Source: Candidatus Atabeyarchaeum deiterrae (lineage in GTDB: Archaea; Asgardarchaeota; Atabeyarchaeia; Atabeyarchaeales; Atabeyarchaeaceae). Taken from it: a DNA stretch of 64,000 nt. Below, in pieces: positions 29,558 through 40,255 of the stretch (position 1 is its first letter; each line of letters begins with the position of its first letter). Location: positions 1,536,001 through 1,600,000 of the forward strand of contig CP147780.1 in the NCBI GenBank assembly GCA_037310415.1, read 5' to 3'. The notes under the pieces were generated by a model, which was given only the letters and a program-made list of their open reading frames with translations, made no database searches and was not told the DNA's origin. The position numbers and the translations under genes are program-made.

Positions 29558-31252
29558 TTACTGCTCAGCGTCTTTTGCCTTTGCTGACTCTGCTCTTAGA
29601 TCCTTCCTGAGAACCTTTCCGACCAAGCTTTCTGGAAGCTGCTTTCTAAACTCGACTATCTTCGGGACCTTGTAGGGTGCCAAAGATTTCTTGGAAAACG
29701 CTTTGATGTCGTTGGCGAGTTCATCTGCTTCCTTGTATCCGTCCTTCAGTACAACGTACGCCTTGACTATCTCGCTGCCTGGTGTCTCACGGTCTGGGAT
29801 GCCGATCACGGAGGCCATCAGAACAGCCGGATGCCCGTACAGCACGTCCTCAACTTCCCTCGGATAGACTTTGAATCCGCTTACGTCGATCATGTCTTTC
29901 TTTCTGTCTACAATGTAGAAGTAGCCATCCTTGTCCATCTTACCTATGTCGCCTGTCTTGACCCACCCATCCTTCATCTGGTTCGCAGTCTCTTCGGGCT
30001 TGTTCCAGTACCCCTTCATGACCTGTGGACCTTTGATCATTATTTCTCCTTCCCCTCCGATCGGTAGGATCTTTGTGTCATCATTTAAATCTACGATCTT
30101 GACCTCAGTATCTGGAAACGGAACACCCACTGAGCCTACTCTTCTCTTTCCTTCTCCCAAGGGGTTGCTGTGTGTCACAGGCGAGCACTCGGTCAGTCCG
30201 TACCCTTCGAGTATCTTTCCACCAGTTCTTTTCTCGAAATCCCTTATCACTTCAGGGGGCATAGGCGCAGCTCCCGTGTTGCAGATTCTGATAGACTTAA
30301 GATCCTTTGCATAGTCATCGATGTCATCGCGCTCAAGTAGGCGCATGTAAATTGTGGGTACTCCGGGCAGCATGCTAGGTCTGGTTTCTCGTATCAATTC
30401 TAGGAGTGACTTTAGGTCTCGGGGGTCGGGATTAAGAATGATTGTTGAAGCGTTGTATACCGCTGTGTTCATGCAAACGGTCATCCCGTAGATGTGAAAC
30501 ATTGGCAGGTTTGTAAGCATCGTTTCTTTCCCTTTTTGGACGCCAGGCAACCAAGTGGCTGTAGCAACTGCATTTGACACAAGGTTGTAGTGTGTCAGCA
30601 TTGCCCCTTTGGGTAAGCCAGTAGTTCCGCCCGTGTACTGGAGCGCAGCCACGTCTTCCTTAGCACTTATCTTCAGTTTGGGTGGGTTTGGCTTTGTCCT
30701 GTTGACTAAGTTGAGGAATTGCATTGCGCCAACTATTTCGGGTGGCTGTCTCTGTGCAGCCGGAGAGTAGTCGAACACATCTGATATTATGATATTCCTG
30801 AGGCGAGTCCTGTCCTTTATGTTTTTGATCTTCTCTAGTTGCCTATCCCACGCTATGATTGTTTCTGCGCCAGAATCGTTCAACTGAAATGCCAGCTCTG
30901 GCTCAGTAAGCATGGTACTGCATGCTGTAATTACTCCACCCGATTTGGAGATGCCATAGTAACTGAAAATGTACTGTGGGAAATTGGGGAACAAGACTGC
31001 TACTACATCGCCCTTCTTCACGCCCAGATTCACCAAAGCAGTCGCCAGCCTATCAGTTATGTCTTTGACTTCTTTGTAGGACATCCCCCTCTTCAGGAAG
31101 TGGATTGCCGTTCGACCGCCAAAATCCTTAGCTGCCCTATCGAGCAACTCATGTACTGGTATCTCCGGGTAGTCAATATGGGCGGGAACACCATCGTCAT
31201 AAATCTTCAACCACGGTTTGCTTGCATACGGATTCTCTTTCTTGTCGCTCAT
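29558..31252 (-). CDS. Long-chain acyl-CoA synthetase (AMP-forming)
   Basis: YTGGTTGLPKG, EGYGLTE, TGD, DRKKDMI..SGFKVYPREVE, GKVLR. Confidence 0.95.
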   Translation of the reverse strand: MSDKKENPYASKPWLKIYDDGVPAHIDYPEIPVHELLDRAAKDFGGRTAIHFLKRGMSYKEVKDITDRLATALVNLGVKKGDVVAVLFPNFPQYIFSYYGISKSGGVITACSTMLTEPELAFQLNDSGAETIIAWDRQLEKIKNIKDRTRLRNIIISDVFDYSPAAQRQPPEIVGAMQFLNLVNRTKPNPPKLKISAKEDVAALQYTGGTTGLPKGAMLTHYNLVSNAVATATWLPGVQKGKETMLTNLPMFHIYGMTVCMNTAVYNASTIILNPDPRDLKSLLELIRETRPSMLPGVPTIYMRLLERDDIDDYAKDLKSIRICNTGAAPMPPEVIRDFEKRTGGKILEGYGLTECSPVTHSNPLGEGKRRVGSVGVPFPDTEVKIVDLNDDTKILPIGGEGEIMIKGPQVMKGYWNKPEETANQMKDGWVKTGDIGKMDKDGYFYIVDRKKDMIDVSGFKVYPREVEDVLYGHPAVLMASVIGIPDRETPGSEIVKAYVVLKDGYKEADELANDIKAFSKKSLAPYKVPKIVEFRKQLPESLVGKVLRKDLRAESAKAKDAEQ

Positions 31253-31380
31253 AATTTGAGGATCACCTTTGCATTTGAGTTCTTACTAGATTGGATGCGG
31301 CTCCAATAATCATTGGAGGCTAAGGAGATTAATATGGACTTGGTGTCTCTTTTGTCTGACTTGCAGAGTCTTTGCGGTTG

Positions 31381-32727
31381 TTATGGGGCTTCCTGACCTA
31401 TTTTGTCGAGAGCTTCGGCGGCTTCCTCGCATACATAGTTACATTCGTCATGTATCATACCCTTCAATGCAGATATGACTTGGTTGTCAGCCTGTCCTAT
31501 TCTTCCGAGAGCTTCTACGGTTCGCCACCGAACATCATCTTTCTTGTCGTCTAGGGTCTCTATCAGCGTTGGGATCGCCTTTGAGGCTGCACGTCCAATC
31601 TTTCCCAGTGCTGAGGCAGTTTCGCGGCGGACCCCATGATCGGGATCAGTTAAGGTTTCCTGCAATGCACTGACAGCATCTGCCGCAGCTAACCCCATTT
31701 TGCCCAGCGCCCTAGCAGCCTCAATTCGCACCGAGGCTTTCCCAGTCTTCAATACACCAGCCAAACTAGGAATTGCCGCTTTTGCCTCGCCGCCGATTCC
31801 GCCGATAGCGCTCGCAGCCAGACATCTTACTTCTTCACCTGCATCCTTCAGCGCTTTGATTAAAGCATCAACGGCTGGCTTGCCAATAACGCGAAGTGAG
31901 TCAGCTGCTTTCCCGCGTACACCCTCATCACTGTCCTTCAGTGCGCTGGATAGACCGTCGATTATCTTGGCATCCTTCTCATCCATTTCGCCTAGCGCTT
32001 CTACCGCTCCTCTGCGTACGATCGAATTCTTATCCTTCAGAACACTCAATAGACCTGGAATCGCCTCCGCTCCGATGTTAGCAAGGGCTCCAGTAGCCCT
32101 GTAACGAACCCTCCAATCTCCGTCTCCGAGAGCCACTAGGAGGCTAGGAACGGCCTTTGCCGTTCCTTTGCCCACACCAGTCAATGATTTGGCAGCTGCG
32201 GTTCGAACGGTCCAACTCTTGTCTTTTAGAGCAATCATTAGATCTGGGATTGACTTATACGCGTCAGGTCCCATCTTCCCGAGTGCCGTAGCGGCTTCGG
32301 CTCGAACTTCTTCACTGTCATCCTTTAGGGCAGAAGTTAAGCCGGAGACTGCTTCAGGTGAAGCTACTCTTATCTCTCCGATTGCCGTCGTAGCCTGCTT
32401 ACGAACAGAGACTTCGCTGTCTTTAAGAGACTTCATCAAGCTTGGAAGAGCCCTTGCTGATTCACTACCTATCTTCCCTAGGGACTTTGCCGTCTCTCGA
32501 CGTGTACTCCAGTCCTCGTCAGCAAGAAGCTTCGTCAAGCGGGGAACAGTAGACGCTGCGTCTGGACCCAATTCGCCTATCGCTATGACGGCGTTGAAAC
32601 GAATTGATCTGATGGAATTGCTCAACTGTTTACCCAGTTCATCCAGTGCGGATGCATCTTTTCTTGCTCTTAAGACAACGACATCAATCCTACTGTCTCT
32701 CAACAAGTCTTCCAGAGATGCGGACAT
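31381..32727 (-). CDS. HEAT (PBS-lyase-type) repeat protein
   Basis: About 13 repeats of roughly 31-33 aa: AxPxLxxALKDxxxxVRxxAAxALGxIG. Confidence 0.93.
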   Translation of the reverse strand: MSASLEDLLRDSRIDVVVLRARKDASALDELGKQLSNSIRSIRFNAVIAIGELGPDAASTVPRLTKLLADEDWSTRRETAKSLGKIGSESARALPSLMKSLKDSEVSVRKQATTAIGEIRVASPEAVSGLTSALKDDSEEVRAEAATALGKMGPDAYKSIPDLMIALKDKSWTVRTAAAKSLTGVGKGTAKAVPSLLVALGDGDWRVRYRATGALANIGAEAIPGLLSVLKDKNSIVRRGAVEALGEMDEKDAKIIDGLSSALKDSDEGVRGKAADSLRVIGKPAVDALIKALKDAGEEVRCLAASAIGGIGGEAKAAIPSLAGVLKTGKASVRIEAARALGKMGLAAADAVSALQETLTDPDHGVRRETASALGKIGRAASKAIPTLIETLDDKKDDVRWRTVEALGRIGQADNQVISALKGMIHDECNYVCEEAAEALDKIGQEAP

Positions 32728-32881
32728 TGAGTTTGAGAACCTCCTTCAAATGAGGTGATAGTGAGTAAGGTGAGTGATATACCCCGTTTTCCAGCGACTA
32801 GCTTTCCATTTTTCTGCAATTTCCTGCTCACGGCTTGAGACAAGATCAAATGAGTTGATGACCCCCGTGTTCTCTCAGTGT

Positions 32882-33589
32882 CTACGTTATGCCTAGATAT
32901 ACTTCTTTTATTCTCGGTTCTTTCTTCAATTCTTTGCTGGTTCCTCTCATTTCGATTTTTCCTTCCTCAAGGACAGAGACGTTGTCTGACACATTTAGTG
33001 CCAGTACCGCGTCCTGCTCGACTAGGAGTGTCGTTGTACCAGTCTCCTTGATTTTGTTGATTGCTTCAAAGATCTTGGTTTTTATTCTGGGAGCTAGTCC
33101 CAATGAAGGTTCGTCGAGCAAAAGGAGCTTAGGGCTAGCCATTATTGCGCGAGCAATTGCGAGCATTTGCTGCTCTCCACCGCTAAGCGTGCCCGCTCGT
33201 TGCTTTTGCCTCTCCTTGAGAACAGGGAATATCTTGAATACGAGATTCAGAAGTTGTCTCCGTTTCGCTCCATCTTTTACTGTGTATGCACCCAGATCGA
33301 GGTTTTCGATTACAGTCATGTCGGGAAATAGCCTGCGCCTTTCCGGGCAAAGGGCGATCCCTCTTCTAGCTATCTCATATGGTTCCAGCTCATCAATCCT
33401 CTCACCCATGAAAGATATCGTTCCCCTGTCGATCTCTTCCAGACCCGCTATTGCCCTGAGTAGAGTCGTCTTTCCGGCTCCATTTGGTCCAATAACCGAA
33501 TCTAAGGCTTTCTTTTCAACTCTTAGACTAACATCTTCAAGGGCTTTCGCTTTGCCATAATAATGGTAAATCTTCCTTACTTCAAGCAA
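32882..33589 (-). CDS. livF: Liv-type ABC transporter ATP-binding subunit
   Basis: GPNGAGKT, PERRRLFP, LSGGEQQMLA, LDEPSLGLAP, LVEQ; likely TTG 33589 after GGAGGTG (track start 33619). Confidence 0.92.
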   Translation of the reverse strand: MLEVRKIYHYYGKAKALEDVSLRVEKKALDSVIGPNGAGKTTLLRAIAGLEEIDRGTISFMGERIDELEPYEIARRGIALCPERRRLFPDMTVIENLDLGAYTVKDGAKRRQLLNLVFKIFPVLKERQKQRAGTLSGGEQQMLAIARAIMASPKLLLLDEPSLGLAPRIKTKIFEAINKIKETGTTTLLVEQDAVLALNVSDNVSVLEEGKIEMRGTSKELKKEPRIKEVYLGIT

Positions 33590-34325
33590 ATCCTGCACCT
33601 CCACCCAAATAGGCTTCAACTACGGTCTTGTTGTTTGCAACCTCCTTTGGTGGGCCATCAGCAATCAACTTACCTTGATGCATCGCCAGAACTCTGGGAA
33701 CCAGTGTCATGATTTCACGCATAACATGCCCTGTTACAAAGATCGTAACACCCTCGTCATTCAAGCCTCTAACCAGATTAACGATGCTCATTGATTCTTC
33801 ATGGGCAAGTCCGCTAAACGGTTCATCAAGCAAAATCATTTGCGGGTTGGTCGAAAGCGTTCTTGCAATCTCGAGCTTCCTAAGATCCCCGTGAGGCAGA
33901 ACTACTGGAGGAATTCGAGCTTTATCTATGAGACCAACTGATGAAAGAATCATGCTCGAGTACTCGTCAATGCCCACATCTTTCGAGGCAGCTCTTCCCC
34001 TTGGCGACAAGCATCCGACCCCGACGTTGTCGAGCAGAGTGAGGAAGCGGAAAGGTCTGACCAACTGAAACGTTCTGGCCAGACCTTTGGCCACAACCTG
34101 AAAGGGCTTGAACCCTGTAATGTCGACTCCATCAAACCTGATTGACCCAGAACTAGGTTTCTCAAACCCGGATAGTAAATTGAATAGAGTAGTCTTTCCC
34201 GCTCCATTGGGACCTATGAGACCTACGACAGTTCCGCGTTCTATCTCGAAGCTTACATCATTCACCGCGGTCAGCCCCATGAACCTCTTCGTCACGTTCT
34301 TAGCTTCTAAGATGGTCCCCATCAT
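33582..34325 (-). CDS. livG: Liv-type ABC transporter ATP-binding subunit
   Basis: F.GL.AV..VSF, GPNGAGKT, RTFQ, LLDEP, V.EAYLG. Confidence 0.92.
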   Translation of the reverse strand: MMGTILEAKNVTKRFMGLTAVNDVSFEIERGTVVGLIGPNGAGKTTLFNLLSGFEKPSSGSIRFDGVDITGFKPFQVVAKGLARTFQLVRPFRFLTLLDNVGVGCLSPRGRAASKDVGIDEYSSMILSSVGLIDKARIPPVVLPHGDLRKLEIARTLSTNPQMILLDEPFSGLAHEESMSIVNLVRGLNDEGVTIFVTGHVMREIMTLVPRVLAMHQGKLIADGPPKEVANNKTVVEAYLGGGAGFA

Positions 34326-34358
34326 TCACGCACCACTGATTAAACTCTCCCTGTTCAC

Positions 34359-35450
34359 CTATTTCCCTCTGAGCATATCCAACCACTCTTTCATATACTT
34401 CACCAACGGCTTGGTGAACCCGCTTGATGCGAATCTGATGACAAAGATCAAGACTGCAGCGAAAATCAGCATGCTTAATGCTGCTGCGTCTCTCAGGAAT
34501 TCTCCGAGAAACACGAAGAAGTAGGCGCCGCCGATCGATCCGAATATTGTCCCTAGTCCGCCCAGCGCCACAATGACAATCGGATAGAATGACATTATCG
34601 TAGAGAATCTTTCTGGATCTGCCCCTCTGAAATGCAGGGCGAAAAGCGAACCAGCAATTCCTGCAAAGAATGCGCTTATCATTAGCGCAACTAACTTGTA
34701 CTTAGTTACGTTTATGCCCGCTGCTTCAGCAGAGGTTTCATCATCACGAATTGCTCTGAAGATCGTCCCCACTCTTGAATTGACAATGACGATCATGACT
34801 ACAACGCACCCAACCATGAAGGCTAGATTCACAAAATACTCTATTATCGGATCCGGAGACAATGGGCGAACGCCTGACACTCCCCCTGATCCTCCGAGCC
34901 AAGGCCCCAATGAACCCATTCTGAACAGAGTGTTTAAAATCAATGCTAAGGCCAGCGTTCCGAGGGCAAAGTAGGGACCGTGCAACCTCAGACTAGGAAC
35001 TCCCACGAGCAACGCGAGCACGACTGTGACCAGCGCCCCAGCGATGAGAGCGACCTGCCATGATTGATCGAAGTACTGAACAACCGCTGAGGTGACATAG
35101 CCAGACATACCCAGAAATGCGGCGTGTCCAAAACTAACCTGTCCAGCGAATCCAGCCAATAGATCCCAGCTTGCTGCGAAAATTGCGAATATATTAGCGT
35201 ATATGAAGAGCCCCAGATAGTACTCGCTACTTGTCGCTAATGGAAAGAAAATCACACCCAGCAAACACAGCAATGTCAGAACACCTGGGAATGTCTTGAC
35301 CCATAACCTGAACCGCCGTGATGTTGGAGGTATCTCCTTGAAAAAGTGCCTTGTGGCACTCGGTACCCATTTGCCAAAGTTCTTAGTTGCCGACGCGGCG
35401 TTGCTGACTGACCGACGAATCTTCTTCGGCATTCTTTGTGCTTCCCTCAC
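34359..35450 (-). CDS. livM: Liv-type ABC transporter permease
   Basis: G.AGQVSFGHAAF, LRL.GPYFAL.TL, AIRDDE..AEA.GIN, LGG.GT..G. Confidence 0.93.
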   Translation of the reverse strand: MREAQRMPKKIRRSVSNAASATKNFGKWVPSATRHFFKEIPPTSRRFRLWVKTFPGVLTLLCLLGVIFFPLATSSEYYLGLFIYANIFAIFAASWDLLAGFAGQVSFGHAAFLGMSGYVTSAVVQYFDQSWQVALIAGALVTVVLALLVGVPSLRLHGPYFALGTLALALILNTLFRMGSLGPWLGGSGGVSGVRPLSPDPIIEYFVNLAFMVGCVVVMIVIVNSRVGTIFRAIRDDETSAEAAGINVTKYKLVALMISAFFAGIAGSLFALHFRGADPERFSTIMSFYPIVIVALGGLGTIFGSIGGAYFFVFLGEFLRDAAALSMLIFAAVLIFVIRFASSGFTKPLVKYMKEWLDMLRGK

Positions 35451-35496
35451 TGAAGTGTTCTCGTATTCTGCTCAATCCGGCTTATTCGGTTGCGCC

Positions 35497-36366
35497 TTAT
35501 TGGACCTCCTTCTTTCCAAGCAAGCCTTGCGGTCTGAACACAAGTACCAAGAAGATAACAATTAGGGGAACCAGCTCTGCTAAGGCTGGGTCTATGAAGA
35601 AGGTGCAGAAGTTTCTGGCATATGCAATGACGAATGCCCCTATTATGCTCCCTGGGATGCTTCCCATACCTCCAAGGACGACGACCGAAAATGCCACGAG
35701 CAATATGCTCCAGCCCATAGGAGGGTATAGAGCTGATGCTGGCACGTAGAGGACGGCAGCTGCACCTGCAAGAAGAGATGATAACATGACCGTTAACAAG
35801 AGAATTCTATCAGCGTTTATCCCCATTAGTGTTGCGGTCTCCCGATCCTCTGCAACAGCCCGAATAGACTTTCCAACCTTTGCCTTCCACATGAATACTG
35901 TCACTAAGGACACGAGGAGCATGGACCCTACAAAAGCTACAACATCTTGCGCAAGAAATTTGACTCCTAGGAACTCCACGCTACCGTTAACCAGCATTCC
36001 TACGGTCGTAGGAGTCACAACTCCCCCCGTCCTAGCAGACTCTATTACCTTTACGAACTGCTCCATGAAAACAGCCAATGCAAAGGTCGCAATCACAACA
36101 CCAATATGGGTTTTCTGTAGAGGCTTGATGAGCAGCAAATACGAAATAGCTCCCACGAGGAGTGCGACAACCAGCGCCAAGATCATGGCTGATTGAAGGC
36201 CTACAGCAGGTACAAACCATAGTAATGCATAAGCGGCAATCAAGTAGAATGCTCCATGAGCTAGGTTCAGAACGCCTCCAACGCCGTAAACCAAGGAGAA
36301 ACCGAGAGCCAATAGTGCGAAGACTGCTCCTTGAATTGCTCCGAAGATAAGTACTTCCTCTATCAA
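35497..36366 (-). CDS. livH: Liv-type ABC transporter permease
   Basis: ALLALGFSLVYG..GVLNLAHG, G..IRAVAED...A.LMGIN, LGGMGSIPG, RPQGLLG. Confidence 0.93.
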   Translation of the reverse strand: MIEEVLIFGAIQGAVFALLALGFSLVYGVGGVLNLAHGAFYLIAAYALLWFVPAVGLQSAMILALVVALLVGAISYLLLIKPLQKTHIGVVIATFALAVFMEQFVKVIESARTGGVVTPTTVGMLVNGSVEFLGVKFLAQDVVAFVGSMLLVSLVTVFMWKAKVGKSIRAVAEDRETATLMGINADRILLLTVMLSSLLAGAAAVLYVPASALYPPMGWSILLVAFSVVVLGGMGSIPGSIIGAFVIAYARNFCTFFIDPALAELVPLIVIFLVLVFRPQGLLGKKEVQ

Positions 36367-36531
36367 GCTGAATCAGCCTCCTACAATCCCACGATAATGC
36401 AATAGTTCTGGTTTCTTTCTTCCTGATGGCTCGGATGACGAACATTCAGTTATCGTTACTTTCGTTATCGCGTTACAGTCTTATTTCAAAAAAATGGGGG
36501 AGTTGGGTTTAGCCGTTTTTACTCAGCTTCC

Positions 36532-37908
36532 TTATGCAGGGTTCAAAGCCCACGGTGGTGGTTGTATGTTGCCCGTCTTAAGGTTGTTCGGGTAGATCAG
36601 GGCATTCGACGAGATGGTAATCTTAGTCCCATTACTGAGCCATTCACAGAACAGTGTGTATCCATATGGGTATCCCGCTACTACGTCGTGAGATCTTGTG
36701 AAGGCAAGCTGTCCACTGATTCCTGTCATTGGACTGCCTTTGTTCACTGTTTCAAGTTGTGTAACAAGTTTGTCGTTCGTGAAAGACTGGGTCTTGTTGA
36801 TTGCGTCTGTCAGTAACTTGACTGCATCGTAGGTGCCGACCGCTGTGTACAGCGGGGAATGTCCGAATCTAGCCTTGAAAGCGTCCCAGAATGGTATCGT
36901 CAGCGAGGTCTTGTTGGTTCTATCTACCGCCTGCATTATGATCTCGTACCCACACTTTCCGCTAGAGCTTGCCCAATACGTGTCAAGTTGTGATTGCACA
37001 TCGATCCCAACGATGACGCATCCCGGTGTAGAGGCGTTATACTGTGTCATCATGTATATTCCACCCTGCGCCGAGATTACTGGGATCACCATCTGTGCTC
37101 CTGCAGATTGTATTGTGCTCCAATACCCCGCGAAGTCCGTGGAGGTTGCTGTAATTGGGTAGGCTATGTCTGCCACAGGTGCAGTGTCGAACCCATAGTA
37201 TCTCAGATAAGCTTTCAGGGCATTTGCCAAAGGTATCGCCCAGTCGAGGTCTTCCCTAAGAATAGCCCACTTGTGTATACTGACGTTCTTAACTGCAGAT
37301 AGATACGCTCTGAGATAGGCCAGTTCCGAGATTATCTGTCCACCGAGGCTGGTTGAGTTGATTGGCATGGTTCTGAAACAGTACTTGTATCTGCTGTATT
37401 GATCTATCACGACTTGGCAGAAGTAGTCCGTAGCTGCGCCTGTATGGATGAATAGAAGCTTCTTGTCCATCACCACTTCCAAGTATGCCTTCACCGATTC
37501 AGTTCTGAATCCGCCAATTATGTACTGAGCTTTGTCTTCCACTATTATCTTCTGGGCTGCAGTTACTCCTTTTGTTATGTCGAGTGCTGGTTCCGCTTCG
37601 TATGTGTCTTCCCTTATGATCCCGAGGTAGTATGTCGTTCCGTTGACATCTATGCCGCCTGCACTGTTAATTTCGTACGCCGCTAGCCAAGCCCCTTTCC
37701 AGGCTCCGTCTCCCTGTATCTCAGTCATCGGATCAAGAATCCCTATCTTGATAATACGGTCAAACGGGACACCTGCGGGTGCTCCTGGGGTTTCGTATGC
37801 TGGGTATCTTGGTATAGACATCCACCAGAGTCCAGCTCCGACACCCACAATGACTATTGCGAGTACGCCAACGGCTAGTGCTCTCTTTTGTCCTAAGGAC
37901 ATTGGCAT
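36532..37908 (-). CDS. Liv-type ABC transporter substrate-binding protein, membrane-anchored
   Basis: N-terminal TM, IKIGIL.P.T, LAA.EIN..GGI, DT, IIGGFRTE, Y.FR, YDAV..L..AI; likely ATG 37908 (track start 37941). Confidence 0.92.
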   Translation of the reverse strand: MPMSLGQKRALAVGVLAIVIVGVGAGLWWMSIPRYPAYETPGAPAGVPFDRIIKIGILDPMTEIQGDGAWKGAWLAAYEINSAGGIDVNGTTYYLGIIREDTYEAEPALDITKGVTAAQKIIVEDKAQYIIGGFRTESVKAYLEVVMDKKLLFIHTGAATDYFCQVVIDQYSRYKYCFRTMPINSTSLGGQIISELAYLRAYLSAVKNVSIHKWAILREDLDWAIPLANALKAYLRYYGFDTAPVADIAYPITATSTDFAGYWSTIQSAGAQMVIPVISAQGGIYMMTQYNASTPGCVIVGIDVQSQLDTYWASSSGKCGYEIIMQAVDRTNKTSLTIPFWDAFKARFGHSPLYTAVGTYDAVKLLTDAINKTQSFTNDKLVTQLETVNKGSPMTGISGQLAFTRSHDVVAGYPYGYTLFCEWLSNGTKITISSNALIYPNNLKTGNIQPPPWALNPA

Positions 37909-38486
37909 TTTGTAGTCCTCTCTCCCTTTCTTCGGTTTCAATTATTACGTTGTCCCTCATTTTATTAGTAGGTTATATAAAACCCTTTCGACTTCCACTT
38001 GATGCATATTAATGCGTATTTGATTTTCATCGTTCTTCACCCCCATTTTCAACGCGAGTTGAAATGGAATTGGCGCGCAACTTCGAAATCGGCAGAATAC
38101 GGCATTCACCGCACCATGGTTGGAGCCACAGGGACCTGACCCAGGAATTTGAATGGGGGACCTCTCAACATCGATACTGGAATCAAGTACGCTGATCCCA
38201 TGCTCAGGAGCAATTTGTAACTGCCAACAAACTGTTAAGAATTACGAATGGTACAAGTTCAATGAAAAGAATAAGGGAATCTTACCAGCGTGTCTGGGGA
38301 TGATGGGAAGATGGCAGGGACACCAATGCCCTGGAAGAAAGATGCGACCTAGATTTGTACTGTGAAAGCGTTTCAAGATAAATAGTTGTGTTGCGATAGG
38401 GAACGTATTGGGGATCGCTGTTGAATGCGTTTCCCGCTAACTTATTGAAGCATAATAGGCTTCTTCAAGAGGGAAGTTGAGTTCGT

Positions 38487-39182
38487 ATGAATCCTGGAAA
38501 ATACCCTGCTGAAGCACTTCTTCGTGACCTTGGGGTTGGTCAAGGCAAGGCTATCTATGAGACTGTTCTGTCAACTTGCACAATTGACGGCAAACCAGAC
38601 GCTGCACCCATGGGAATACAGTTCGTCGCCGACGAGAAGAAAGCGGGAAAAAGGAGGGTTCTAATCAGACCGTTCAGGTCGACTAACACGTACAAGAATC
38701 TCTCGTCACAAGGCGAAGCTGTGGTCAATGTGACTTCCAATCCAGAAGTTTTCTATAAGACAGCCTTCAAAAGAAAGTTAACTGGAGAATCCGAATTCAA
38801 GTTATCTTTCCGTGCTTCAAGAAAAGTCAAGCCCCCACGCTTGAAAGGATGCGATGCCTATCTTGAGATCGCGGTTATGGAAATAGTGGATGACAAGGAA
38901 GATGAGAAGAACAGAAGCGAGGTTCTGTGCGAGCTGAGGTTGGTCGAGGTGAAGAAGGCTTCAGCGAAGCTTTATTGGAGAGCACCATATGTGTTGATGG
39001 AAGCGATGATTCACGCGACAAGAGTTGAGGAGTTTTTTTCACTCGGCTTGACCGACAAAGCCAATGAGCTCGTGGGATTGATAGCCAACTACAAAGAGCT
39101 AATTCGAAGAATAGCCCCAGACTCGCATTACGAAACGCTAGTGAACCAATTGTTGACGTTTGTTGAAGGGAAAAGAGAGTAG
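38487..39182 (+). CDS. DUF447 family protein
   Basis: YETVLST.....AAPMGI, PF..T.TY.NL, VVN.T.NP, RA...LMEA.IHATR. Confidence 0.85.
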   Translation: MNPGKYPAEALLRDLGVGQGKAIYETVLSTCTIDGKPDAAPMGIQFVADEKKAGKRRVLIRPFRSTNTYKNLSSQGEAVVNVTSNPEVFYKTAFKRKLTGESEFKLSFRASRKVKPPRLKGCDAYLEIAVMEIVDDKEDEKNRSEVLCELRLVEVKKASAKLYWRAPYVLMEAMIHATRVEEFFSLGLTDKANELVGLIANYKELIRRIAPDSHYETLVNQLLTFVEGKRE

Positions 39183-39231
39183 AATCAGTCCAATTTGGCA
39201 TAATGAAAGACTGCAGAGGCAGGGGAAAAGC

Positions 39232-40218
39232 ATGGAGAAGGTAAGCGTCAGCGCTCCTGCAAGAATACATATGGGCATACTAAACCCTTCACGAGAAATC
39301 GGAGATAGATTGTATGCTTCCGTTGGCGTTGGTATTCTGCAGCCGAGAACCATTGTCGAAGTTCAACGCTCCGATGGACTCAAAGTGAGGGGTCCTAGGT
39401 TGGACGAGAGTAAGAAATTCGCGACAAAAGTACTCAACTACTTCAAACTCAAGGGTGCAGAGATTGACGTTCTTACTACTCCTCCACAGCATGCTGGTCT
39501 CGGATCCACAACACAACTATCACTTTCGATTGCAGCGGGGATAGTTAAAGCATACGGACTGGACGCCGAACCAGTCGAGTTAGCAGTGATTCTCAAACGC
39601 GGAGAACAGTCAGCGACAGGCACTTATGTCTTCCAGCATGGAGGATTTGTTGTAGAGGGGGGATGGGGATGTAAGACCACTTTCCCTCCACTGTTATTCC
39701 ACTACTCCGTTCCAGAGGACTGGAGATTTCTCATAGTCATCCCCAAGAACAGAAGCTTCGATGAAAAGCAAGAACTAGATGTTTTTAGAAAGTTGCCAAA
39801 ACCCAAGAAGGACTTAGTTTACGAGGCATGTTATAGAATTCTTCTGGGTATGGCTCCTGCGGTTCTTGAGAAGAACATTGAATCATTCGGTGCAAACCTA
39901 ACTAAACTGCAAGAACTCGTTGGAGCAGTGTTCTCGGAGGCTCAAGATGGTGTGTTTGAGCCTCATTCAGCGCCACTGATCAGGAAACTCAAGGAGATGG
40001 GCGCCTCAGGCGTTGGCCAGAGTTCGTGGGGTCCAGCCGTGTACGCGTTATTTCCTGGAAAACTTGGCATTAACCTTGAGGGTCTCCTCAAGAAAAAGCT
40101 CATGTGTGAGGAGATCACCAAAGACTCTGATGGTAACCTCCATGGGTCTTCTGACTTTTTGGATGTCTACTTCACTCGGACCGATAACAAAGGAGCTCTA
40201 GTATCTATCCTCAAATAA
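39232..40218 (+). CDS. mptG: Beta-ribofuranosylaminobenzene 5'-phosphate (RFAP) synthase, GHMP superfamily
   Basis: PARIHMG, P.HAGLGSTTQL, RG..S..G...F..GGFVVEGG, GQSSWGP, DN.GA; likely ATG 39232 (track start 39160). Confidence 0.92.
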   Translation: MEKVSVSAPARIHMGILNPSREIGDRLYASVGVGILQPRTIVEVQRSDGLKVRGPRLDESKKFATKVLNYFKLKGAEIDVLTTPPQHAGLGSTTQLSLSIAAGIVKAYGLDAEPVELAVILKRGEQSATGTYVFQHGGFVVEGGWGCKTTFPPLLFHYSVPEDWRFLIVIPKNRSFDEKQELDVFRKLPKPKKDLVYEACYRILLGMAPAVLEKNIESFGANLTKLQELVGAVFSEAQDGVFEPHSAPLIRKLKEMGASGVGQSSWGPAVYALFPGKLGINLEGLLKKKLMCEEITKDSDGNLHGSSDFLDVYFTRTDNKGALVSILK

Positions 40219-40255
40219 CAAGCTCTGGAATTCCAACTTTCTCGGACCCGCTACA

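Noticed and set aside
31381-32727. Periodic sequence as a DNA repeat or CRISPR array
   Set aside because: Periodicity is at the protein level (HEAT repeats) with diverged codons; no identical DNA repeats with spacers
32889-33560. 223-aa plus-strand ORF, and similar long antisense ORFs at 9362-10018, 24165-24794 and 32168-32758
   Set aside because: Antisense to well-supported genes; Ser/Pro-rich composition typical of shadow frames
38153-38365. 70-aa ORF upstream of DUF447
   Set aside because: No motif or clear RBS; likely spurious within the divergent promoter region
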